A stretch of 64,000 nt of DNA from a virus (Duplodnaviria > Caudoviricetes). Below are positions 9,001 through 17,459 of this stretch, in pieces; the first letter of the stretch is position 1, and every line of letters starts with the position of its first letter. The stretch covers positions 1 to 64,000 of the IMG/VR virus record IMGVR_UViG_3300020438_000019. One strand, written 5' to 3'. The notes below the pieces were generated by a model that did no database searches, had not been told where the DNA came from, and was given only the letters and a program-made list of their open reading frames with translations. Position numbers and translations under genes: made by a program.

Positions 9001-12000
9001 ATTTGATCAAAGTGGTCTATTTGACTCTACCACATTGAGTATTAATATCATTCTCAATACAAATGCTACATTCACTGTTGGTGCAATTGTAGAGTTGACT
9101 AATGGTACTGTTAACAAAGTCGATTCTGTAATAGCAACAGGTGAAGTAATTGAATCTACTGATAGGAGAAATTCTGTTAAGCTTAAAGTATTGACTGGTA
9201 CTTTTGCACAACAGGCAGGATACTTCCTTAGAAGTAATAATTTACTAAACACAGTTGGTGCAGAGATCTTATCAACTACAAGCTTAAGTACGGGTTTAAT
9301 ACCATTCATTGTTAGTACGAATATTGCATTAGTTGAAACTGATGGTGATCATGCACTTGGTGTAGGTGATGTTGTATATGTTGAAATAGATCCTGATGAT
9401 TCTATCTCGACAACAACTTACTATGTTCAATTAGGAGCAACGCAAGAGATTGATATCAAGTCACTAACATTATCAACACAGATCGATGATCCTGGATTAG
9501 GAAGAGCTGATTTAGTTAATGGTGGTGCTGATTATGCAGCAAACACATATGAAGATGTAGAACTTATATTTGTTGATCAGAATGCTGCTAGAACTGACTT
9601 AGGGAAAGTCGGCGACTCAAATAATGCAAAAGCAACTATAGTTGTATCAGATATTGATAGTACAGGACTAGGGTCTGTAATAAATGTTATAATCACTGTT
9701 AAAGGATCTAGTTACAAGAAGGGTGATGTCCTTACTGTTGAAGATACATCATTAAACAGATCAGGTGCTTCTACTAATACTCAACGTCTACGTTTAGTAG
9801 TCGATCATATTGGATTCGCTACTGGTGAGACTGTATTGAAATTAGACTCCATTAGTGGATTAGCAAAAAATGATCTTATATTAATAGGTGATGAGATTGT
9901 TAAGATAAACTCTATATCAGAGTCTACCACTTCAGTAACTGTCACAAGGGCACAGAATAATACTAGTGATATAGATCATTTTGATAATGAGGTTGTTACT
10001 CTATATGGATCTAACTATAGATTCACAGTTGGAGATCTTCTTCCTGTTACAGGTACATCATTAGATCCTACAATCATTTCATATGATAATAACAAGTTGA
10101 TTGTAGAACACAATCAAGGATTCTTTGCGACTGGAGATTTTACTCCATATAAGCTTACAGATCAAGCTACACTGTTTGATGAGAGTGAACCTAAAAAATT
10201 GATTGATGTTGATAGTGTTACAGATTATAAGATTGTAACAAAGATATCTTCATCTGTTTCTGGTCCATATGAAATATCACCTAACCTTAAGATACAAGAG
10301 TATTATCAATATAGATTTGATTTGAGTCATTATACAAATGGTGAATCTGAGTTTATTATATCTCCTAGTCAGAATGATAATATTATTGCACCAGAGGTTG
10401 TTAACATTGGTACTCCAGGTACTGCAGGTGCTTACTCGTATATAAAGTTTGGATATGGTCCTAGACTTGGTGATGTTAATCTTGATGGTATATTGACTAA
10501 TAGAGTACCTAGAACTTATCAACGGTATTACTACAAGTCTATTGTGAGAACAATGGTAGATGGAACTAAGCAAATAAGAATTGGTCCATCTACGAGTATT
10601 GTTGATAGTAACAATTATATTGAGCTTATTAATGATCCATTACAAGGACAGAAGTTAATTTCTGATGCACTCACATCTTCTACTGAATCTACTGGTACAG
10701 GAGTTAAAGTATCATTTGTTACAACTGATAGATTTGTCTATGAGTTAACAGAAGATCCTGAGTGGTATGGAACTGGTAATATAAAGTATACTACAAAATC
10801 TAAAGGTGCAACTGGTGCTATTGCTGAAGTTGAGGTATCTAACCTTGGTTCTGGTTATAGAAAAGTTCCTGGTGTATTAGGAGCAGAATTAGATAGCAGT
10901 AGAGCTGCAGATGTTACTGCACAATGGGATTCTGTAGAAAAGAATATTGTTGGCGTTACAATCAATAAAGCTGGATTCAATTACTCTAAACCAAAAGTTG
11001 TTGTAGTTGATGGTGATGGATCCGAAGCAAGGTTCGATGTTTTAAAAACTGCTGATAATAGAATAGCAAATGTTATTGTAACAAACAAAGGAAAGAACTA
11101 CACATACAAACCAGAGCTTAAGGTTGTTGAAGGTGATATTAGAATATTTGCTTTGGGTTCTTCTATAGGAGCTCCAAAGAATGTACAACTTGAATTTAAT
11201 GGATCTGGAATTTGGAATGATACTTCAATATTAAGAAAGCATAAGGCAAGTGATGTTATTATCTTGGACACAACAGATGATTTCTTAAGTGGAGAGAAGG
11301 TAACCTCTGGACTTGCAGAGGGTACTGTTACTAATGGTGGATGGAGAATTGGATCTAATATTCTTAAGGTATCTGTAACTAAAGGTGAGTTTGTTGTAGG
11401 TCAAACTCTTACTGGTAGTGCCAGTAATTCAACTGGCACAATAGTTTCTGTTCAGAGGGCAGAGTTTTCTACTGATCTAAGATCGTATTATGATAATCTT
11501 GGTACTTATACTTCTGATAAAGGTAAAGTTGGTGTAAGAACTCACAAGATAGCAGATAATAAATTCTATCAGGATTATTCTTATGTTATCGAGTCTAAGA
11601 CACAAATAGAAGACTGGAGAGATCTTATTAAGGATTCAGTTCATCCAGCTGGATTTAAGATGTTTGGTGAGCTTAATATAGATGCAAAGGTAGATGCAAA
11701 GGTAAGTAATAATTCTAAGACTACTCAAGTTTCAACATTAAAACTATGGGATGAGAATAGTAACAATGCAAGCATTGCTGATAGTAAAAGATATCATCAA
11801 ACTATTGTAAACTTATCTAAGGATATTAATGTATTGAGAGGTAATGGATCTCTTACAGAGAAAGCAAGTGATACATCTGGACTAATTGCTAAAGAGATTA
11901 AACTTACTCCACACTTTGATGGTACTTTTGATCAGTATGGTAATATCTCTGGTACAAGAGAATTTACTATTGTTGATGCCGAGACTAACAATCCAATAAC

Positions 12001-15000
12001 TCCATATAATGCTATGGCTTTGACCATAACATTAGATGCAGTATTACAAGAACCAGAGACTGCTTATACTGTATCTGGTGATAAGATTACTTTTGCTACA
12101 GCACCATTTGGTATTAGACAAGAAGGTAATAACACAATTGCAGCAACTAAGTTTATTGGAAGATTGTTCCAGTTTAAGGAAGCTTCCAAGAACCTTCAGT
12201 ATTTGAAGAAGGTTAGACCTATTTTCCAAAAAGAAGGTACCTGGATTGATGCTGCTAATCAATTACGTTTTAATAGAAATTTCATTCAAGAAGAAGCAGT
12301 TGGATATGGTAAATCTAAGTATCCTAATTTAACTTGGAATACTAAAGAGTCTAAGTGCATTAGGGATGTTGGATTGATTTTAGATGCTTATGAACACGAT
12401 CTTAGATTTGGTGGTAATAGTGCTTCTCATCATGCAGCAACAGAGTATTTCAACGAGACGACTGTAGAAGCTTCTGCTGTTGAGATATACAAATATACTA
12501 TGAACTTGTGTATTGCTGCATCAAGGAATTGGGACATATCAGTTAAGAACTGTACCGTATCTCAAGGACAGGATGTTGTTACACTTCCTTCTACTTTAGG
12601 TGTATGTGTAGGAATGAATGTAAGTAGTGGTAATCAATTTGATGTAGGTACTATAGTTACTGAGATAGTAAGTTCTACACAGATTAAAGTTTCCAAAGCA
12701 GCAAACATTGCATACCCAGCTCAGAATATCAGTACAACTGTTAATAATAGTGGAACCACTAATTATGGTCCTGTTACTGTTACTGGTACAGGTGTACTAA
12801 ACGTGGGCATTGGAGCAACTACAACTGTTTATTCCACTATCAATAATATTGATGAGATGACCTTCTCATTTAGTAGAATTAATAATGGTAAGTTTATGGA
12901 TGCTGCTAAGCTCATTGAAGGAAATAAGAAGTATATTTCAGAAGAGACTATTGGTTGGACAAAAGCAACATATCCAAGCTTGGTAATACCTAATGAAGAT
13001 AAGTGTCAACGAGATACTGAGTATCTTATAGATGCAATGGTATACCATATAAGATATGGTGGTAACTGGAATGTTGTTGATTTTGGCGAGAGATATTATT
13101 ACAAAAATAAACTTAATCATATAGTAGATCAGAAAGAAGAGAGTATTGCTGCTTACACAAAAGCAACTCAACTTATGGTTGAGGCAATGAAGAACAATCT
13201 TCCAACTGGCACATATACTACTATTGTTCCTTATGAAGATTCTACTATCCTTGCTGATCCTAATGGTCCTTACGTAACAACTTGTGCTGAAGTAGAATCT
13301 GCATTGAATAGTTACATTCAAATAGTTACTAAAACTATCAATAAAGGTCCAAACTTATTCACTAAGGTCGAAGATAATAATCAAAGAACTGGTAATTGGA
13401 CTACGTTAAGAACATTAACTAATATAAACATTCTTTCTAAGGATGATGTGTTTACTGAGTGTGATACTGTGGTATCTGCTTTAAATTCTCTGTTCTTAAA
13501 TGTTGAGTCTATATTAAATGGTACTACTGTAGTTAAGTCCTTACCAGATTATTTCAACAATGAAAATAAAGAGTTTGAGTTATATTATACTGATAATACA
13601 CCAGTAAAAACTGAGGTTGAACATAATCTTATAGTTGGTATTAATGGTGTTTTCCAGAATGCTAAGTATGATGAGACATTCCCTAGATTGAATTCTTATT
13701 ATATCAAGAGAGCTGCTGGTGCTAGTGATCCTGATAGAATTCTATTTTCGGAAGCACCTAAGTGGAAACAGAGTCTGAATACATTAACTGTTCAAGAACC
13801 TCTTGCTGTAGATAAGTTCTTTGCACATAATATTGGTGGTTATGTGAGGATGAGTTTACAAGAAGAGAACTTTAATGGATCTGTTAATGGACCATTCATT
13901 ATGAGAGATGAAAAGACTGGAGATGTAGTAGTTGTTGATGATGATAGATTTGCTTTTGTTTATATTGATGGAATACTACAGAAGAGGAGTACTGCATACA
14001 CTATAAACGAATCTAGTATTACATTCAGTCAAGCTTTGAAGAAAGGTCAGAGTGTTAGTGTTGTTTTATTAACAGGTACTTCTGTTGATCAGTTATTAGA
14101 TGCATTTAATGTAGAACCAGATCGTTTCTTTAATGAAGTAACTATTACAGTTACTGGTGGTTCTGCAGAATATGCTACCTTCATTTCATCTGTAAGAGAT
14201 GGTGCGGTAGTTTATCAATTTACTGATAACTCTTGGCCAACACCTGATGTATACACAACTATTGGTATGGTTAGAAAGTATAACCAAACCGCTAGTGGAT
14301 GGGATGTTACTCTCATTGCTCAGAATCCTAAGCTTGATCTCACCAAACCTTTAAGAATTGCTGCAACTACTGATCTTCAGACTGCATCATATACTGAGGT
14401 TGATTTATCTGCTCTTACTACAGCAGTTACATATAATGATGTTGATGGTAAGAGACTTCTTAGGAAAGATAGTGTCTCTTGGTTGTATGATAGGGTTAAA
14501 CCTACTATAACCTCATTAGAACCTGGTGATCATATTAAGATCGATGGTGAGAGTGATTATAGAACAGTTAAATTAACTCCTAGAGAATCTACATCATTAG
14601 GTCATGTTGAAGATACACAAGTTACCGATAATGTAGGTGTTATCTCTGTTAGCAATTATAATGGTGATACTAAAGGGGAAGGTCTTGATATTAAAGCAGT
14701 TATTACTGGAGATACTGTAACATCATTGAATTGGAATAAAACTGTTCTCGGTTCTAATCCACAAGCTCATAATTATGATACACCACCAGTATTAACATTT
14801 GAACCAGTTGATCTAAATGGTGGTGGTGCTAAAGCACATGTTATTGTTGATGGCGGTAATGTTATTGATGTTATTTTAGAATCTGGTGGTAGTGGATATA
14901 CTGCTTCTCCTGTTGTTAATGTCTCTCGTGGTTATGATATCATCAAGAAGACTAGACAATTCGATACCAAATATCTCCGTAAAATTGAAGACACTATAAC

Positions 15001-15565
15001 TGGTCTTAGTGCTCTAAATACTACATCATTAGTTGGGGAAGCAACACAGTTAGCATACGAGTTTACTCATAGTGTTGCTGCAGCATCTTCTCAGAGTGAT
15101 CAATTAAAAGTCATTCAGCAACTCGTTAGGGATAATAAAGTTTCTGTTGGTCCAACAGAGATTCATGTTACCACACCTCATAGTATTACTCAATCTGCAA
15201 TGGGAACAACTACATCGTTGACTCATTCAATCAAACAGATTGAGCTTGATAACACGTTATCAATGACTGGAACAGTTACATTAACGACTCCTACTAGTAG
15301 TCCTACTATTGGTATGGGTACTTCAACATCAGCAGTTCTTTCCGCAATACTATTAGATACTGACTTCGATTGGTCTGATGCTAATGTTATGGTATCGACT
15401 ACTGCTGCATTTGATGCAACAGGTGTGATACAAGTCGGTAAGTTCCGTATCGCTTATAGTTCAAAATTATCTGATCGTTTTGTCGTTGATTACGGCAGTG
15501 CAGATACTATTCAACCTTCAGGTCTAACAACTGAAACTGCAGGAACTGTAGTTAGACAAGTATAA
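6026..15565 (+). CDS. gp7: baseplate wedge initiator gp7-like giant protein (3179 aa) with YHYH-like and phycobiliprotein-like domains
   Basis: ISALIESQLPGFI, FYKSKGT, FYQDYSYVI...VHPAGFKMFG; located between gp6 and gp8. Confidence 0.9.
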   Translation: MNVKSKNISALIESQLPGFIVEDYEYFVKFLKSYYAQQELSGGVLDIVTNLTKYRDINFYDKEVLKQSSKTVGITGISDTSINVLSTEGFPESGLAKVDDEIFFYASKTSNQFNGVARGVSGNTELGDLYKLSTYVSTTADTHAADVKVENLSNLFLYALIQSFESEYLAGIPEKYLRGEIDKRTLIKNISSFYKSKGTKRSIQFIFNSLVSSEDNDVYFPKDTTLKSSESDWINVHSLKVVVTSGDPKDLIGKVVTESGDNYASAVVDNIKQLEDVDGANVWELILAPSTINNQFTISNKTKLKKTIDSGDQTGDIIDVDSTFGWEKEGKIFVDGEVIEYSSKTIRQFKIKNRILTRTHNIGSTLYSDNRIKGNNVEFIALGVVYNLSPTTSTPYGIEGEPLVVEASGFDTVDPKIKKSDGTVRWLPNDDANYSPLSGDPRTQASVSDAIPGIQRIFSDDNNYYICTSGVPVNRTMFYNQTIPATKTVVEQSFLRTIRKNAITTTEVYESPRKDFGILVDGSLAYTHKHQDGVFYGGLTKIDVTTQGSGYSRPPYVLVNTEPYKATAVLSGTVVESVRIDVAGSYTAAPIIEIVSGRNAVLTPVITQGAITSLVVTDPGEYYSAPPTIRIVDAMGRGRYAEYTAQVSATGQISGCTKINGGSFYSEGNVVIQVIPSGSGALASSSIYEWIKNRFVEETLDSEWGISHLNDRGYQNYGTVSYPPTLRGNDTGTNHSPIIGFAYDGNPIYGSYGYSDPVDSSSSVVRMQSGYLKYGTRPNGPSLVTYPLGTFIQDYYYADRYGTVDRNNGRYCVTPEYPDGTYAYFATFDNLGDPEFPYLIGENFYSLPLAANYDQNQTQNDLPLDAVRLRGVDTPNNGRKTRGVVKDVSAGSLDAFQVYSSSDNFRVGSSIVLDDTGTGGVDAAGTISAVNGNTVQELQATDAKRVAKVQITENCYVFGGDTITQSSSGVSGKVVGDVLDGKILVLEDVTGTFDQSGLFDSTTLSINIILNTNATFTVGAIVELTNGTVNKVDSVIATGEVIESTDRRNSVKLKVLTGTFAQQAGYFLRSNNLLNTVGAEILSTTSLSTGLIPFIVSTNIALVETDGDHALGVGDVVYVEIDPDDSISTTTYYVQLGATQEIDIKSLTLSTQIDDPGLGRADLVNGGADYAANTYEDVELIFVDQNAARTDLGKVGDSNNAKATIVVSDIDSTGLGSVINVIITVKGSSYKKGDVLTVEDTSLNRSGASTNTQRLRLVVDHIGFATGETVLKLDSISGLAKNDLILIGDEIVKINSISESTTSVTVTRAQNNTSDIDHFDNEVVTLYGSNYRFTVGDLLPVTGTSLDPTIISYDNNKLIVEHNQGFFATGDFTPYKLTDQATLFDESEPKKLIDVDSVTDYKIVTKISSSVSGPYEISPNLKIQEYYQYRFDLSHYTNGESEFIISPSQNDNIIAPEVVNIGTPGTAGAYSYIKFGYGPRLGDVNLDGILTNRVPRTYQRYYYKSIVRTMVDGTKQIRIGPSTSIVDSNNYIELINDPLQGQKLISDALTSSTESTGTGVKVSFVTTDRFVYELTEDPEWYGTGNIKYTTKSKGATGAIAEVEVSNLGSGYRKVPGVLGAELDSSRAADVTAQWDSVEKNIVGVTINKAGFNYSKPKVVVVDGDGSEARFDVLKTADNRIANVIVTNKGKNYTYKPELKVVEGDIRIFALGSSIGAPKNVQLEFNGSGIWNDTSILRKHKASDVIILDTTDDFLSGEKVTSGLAEGTVTNGGWRIGSNILKVSVTKGEFVVGQTLTGSASNSTGTIVSVQRAEFSTDLRSYYDNLGTYTSDKGKVGVRTHKIADNKFYQDYSYVIESKTQIEDWRDLIKDSVHPAGFKMFGELNIDAKVDAKVSNNSKTTQVSTLKLWDENSNNASIADSKRYHQTIVNLSKDINVLRGNGSLTEKASDTSGLIAKEIKLTPHFDGTFDQYGNISGTREFTIVDAETNNPITPYNAMALTITLDAVLQEPETAYTVSGDKITFATAPFGIRQEGNNTIAATKFIGRLFQFKEASKNLQYLKKVRPIFQKEGTWIDAANQLRFNRNFIQEEAVGYGKSKYPNLTWNTKESKCIRDVGLILDAYEHDLRFGGNSASHHAATEYFNETTVEASAVEIYKYTMNLCIAASRNWDISVKNCTVSQGQDVVTLPSTLGVCVGMNVSSGNQFDVGTIVTEIVSSTQIKVSKAANIAYPAQNISTTVNNSGTTNYGPVTVTGTGVLNVGIGATTTVYSTINNIDEMTFSFSRINNGKFMDAAKLIEGNKKYISEETIGWTKATYPSLVIPNEDKCQRDTEYLIDAMVYHIRYGGNWNVVDFGERYYYKNKLNHIVDQKEESIAAYTKATQLMVEAMKNNLPTGTYTTIVPYEDSTILADPNGPYVTTCAEVESALNSYIQIVTKTINKGPNLFTKVEDNNQRTGNWTTLRTLTNINILSKDDVFTECDTVVSALNSLFLNVESILNGTTVVKSLPDYFNNENKEFELYYTDNTPVKTEVEHNLIVGINGVFQNAKYDETFPRLNSYYIKRAAGASDPDRILFSEAPKWKQSLNTLTVQEPLAVDKFFAHNIGGYVRMSLQEENFNGSVNGPFIMRDEKTGDVVVVDDDRFAFVYIDGILQKRSTAYTINESSITFSQALKKGQSVSVVLLTGTSVDQLLDAFNVEPDRFFNEVTITVTGGSAEYATFISSVRDGAVVYQFTDNSWPTPDVYTTIGMVRKYNQTASGWDVTLIAQNPKLDLTKPLRIAATTDLQTASYTEVDLSALTTAVTYNDVDGKRLLRKDSVSWLYDRVKPTITSLEPGDHIKIDGESDYRTVKLTPRESTSLGHVEDTQVTDNVGVISVSNYNGDTKGEGLDIKAVITGDTVTSLNWNKTVLGSNPQAHNYDTPPVLTFEPVDLNGGGAKAHVIVDGGNVIDVILESGGSGYTASPVVNVSRGYDIIKKTRQFDTKYLRKIEDTITGLSALNTTSLVGEATQLAYEFTHSVAAASSQSDQLKVIQQLVRDNKVSVGPTEIHVTTPHSITQSAMGTTTSLTHSIKQIELDNTLSMTGTVTLTTPTSSPTIGMGTSTSAVLSAILLDTDFDWSDANVMVSTTAAFDATGVIQVGKFRIAYSSKLSDRFVVDYGSADTIQPSGLTTETAGTVVRQV

Positions 15566-15574
15566 ATATAAATA
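15561..15574 (+). promoter_or_regulatory. tandem overlapping late promoters
   Basis: TATAAATATAAATA (two TATAAATA copies) upstream of gp8. Confidence 0.8.
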
Positions 15575-15615
15575 ACTCGGATATCCTGTAGTACAAAACT
15601 ACCCAATTTTCAATT

Positions 15616-17433
15616 ATGTCGGCAATCATATCAGAAAAGTTTCGCATTTTTAATGCACAACAATTTCTAGAATCCCTTACGGAAGGTGCAAACGATACTA
15701 GTGCGGATCGTGCACGAATGTATTTCTTCGTTGGTCGTTCGGATCAATGGGATTCGTATCTAGAGATCTATGATCCCAATGCTACTGCATTTAATGTCGG
15801 TGAAGAAGTGTATGACGCTGGTGCTGCTGGTGGTACTGCATATGGATCTACAACATGGAAAGCAACTATCCGCAAGGTAAATCCTAATTCAATTCTTGTT
15901 TATTCTCCTACCCCTGCTGCTGGTACACCGACTGCTGGTAACGTAATTAAGGGATATACAGGTGGTTCTGATACTGGTGCTGAAGCTAAAGGTGGTGTGT
16001 ATCGTATTGCCGATGAAACGAATGCACCTGCTCCTTTAGACAACCAAGAAGAAAAGCAGAGTATCTATGACGAGCTCATTGCTGCTAAAAGGGTAGAGTC
16101 ATCCAATGTTGTTTCTGTAGTTTCACGTTATAACTGGAACACAGTTACCAACCCTAAGTTTGATATGTACAAGCCTGACTACAGTGCTGCACCTGCTTCA
16201 GGTGGTACTGCAAAGGCTGCTGCTACAGGAGCAACTTCATTAGGAGCTTCTAAGTTCTATGTTATGAACAATAACTACGAAGTATTCAAGTGTCTTTACA
16301 ATAAGGAAGATACAGTTGCTGGTGGTGGTAACGCATCTGATATGCCTACTACAGCAAACAACTATGCTTCTGGTGTGTATACTGGTCCTACTGACGGTTA
16401 TGTTTGGAAGTACCTTTACACAATGACAACACAACAGGTCATGGATTTCTTATCCAGTGACTTCATGCCTATTGGTACATATGCTGGTCCAGCTGCTACA
16501 GCTGGTGCTATTGATACCATCTTGATTTCAGATGCTGGTTCAGCTCTTCCTACTGGTGCTACTCTATATGGTCCTATCTTAGGAGATGGAGCAGATGGTG
16601 TTGCTAAGATTACCACTGATGGTACTGGTGCTATAAGTGCTGTTGAAGTACAGACTGCAGGTAACGACTATACTTATGGTACTGTTGCACTTAAGTCTGG
16701 TACAGGTACTGGTGCTGGTGGAAATGCTTATGGTTTATTCGCTGATGCATCTTTAAGTACTGCTGAGAATATTTCTGGAACTGCTCGTGGTGCTCTTGAA
16801 GTTATCATTCCACCTGCAGGTGGTCATGGTGCTAACCTTGCACAGGAGCTTAACGGCAAGCGTGTTATGGTTAACGTCCGTTTGACCTATGCAGAAGGAT
16901 CTGGAGACTTCCCAGTTGATAATGACTTCCGTAGAATCGGACTTATTAAAGATCCACTGCAGTGGGGATCAACAAACTTTGCTACTGCAAACACCCTTTC
17001 TGGTGTATACGCCGTAAGAGTTAATGGAACTGGTCTTACTAGTTCTTCTTTCGGAAAAGATAATACAATCACACAAACTTTAAATGGTGGTGCTGGAACT
17101 GCTAAAGGAACCGTTGTTTCTTGGACTGCAGATGGTAATGGTAATGGTGGTATTCTTAAGTACTTCCAATCACCTAAAGCACATACTGATAATGGAGTAG
17201 TAAGAGCATTTGAAAATAATTCAAGTTCTGCTATCGTTGATGGTGGTACTTCTGTATCAGTTAACCCTGATAGCACATACTCATCAACTACCGAAGGCGT
17301 AACATTTGCAAGTGGTTTGGCGAATCCAGAGATAAAGAACAACTCTGGAGAACTCGTATACATAGAGAACAGGAGACTGATTACAAGAGCTGCTGACCAA
17401 ATAGAGGACATCAAGCTCGTAATCGAATTCTAA
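15616..17433 (+). CDS. gp8: baseplate wedge subunit gp8
   Basis: MSAIISEKFRIFNA, YEVFKCLYN, DGYVWKYLYT, NDFRRIGLIKDP, QIEDIKLVIEF. Confidence 0.93.
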   Translation: MSAIISEKFRIFNAQQFLESLTEGANDTSADRARMYFFVGRSDQWDSYLEIYDPNATAFNVGEEVYDAGAAGGTAYGSTTWKATIRKVNPNSILVYSPTPAAGTPTAGNVIKGYTGGSDTGAEAKGGVYRIADETNAPAPLDNQEEKQSIYDELIAAKRVESSNVVSVVSRYNWNTVTNPKFDMYKPDYSAAPASGGTAKAAATGATSLGASKFYVMNNNYEVFKCLYNKEDTVAGGGNASDMPTTANNYASGVYTGPTDGYVWKYLYTMTTQQVMDFLSSDFMPIGTYAGPAATAGAIDTILISDAGSALPTGATLYGPILGDGADGVAKITTDGTGAISAVEVQTAGNDYTYGTVALKSGTGTGAGGNAYGLFADASLSTAENISGTARGALEVIIPPAGGHGANLAQELNGKRVMVNVRLTYAEGSGDFPVDNDFRRIGLIKDPLQWGSTNFATANTLSGVYAVRVNGTGLTSSSFGKDNTITQTLNGGAGTAKGTVVSWTADGNGNGGILKYFQSPKAHTDNGVVRAFENNSSSAIVDGGTSVSVNPDSTYSSTTEGVTFASGLANPEIKNNSGELVYIENRRLITRAADQIEDIKLVIEF

Positions 17434-17459
17434 TCTTCCATGTTAGCTAATGGTTTACG

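Noticed and set aside
16887-17414. 175-aa minus-strand ORF and the many other antisense ORFs inside structural genes
   Set aside because: Fully antisense to well-supported genes, no RBS or motifs; expected shadows of biased codon usage
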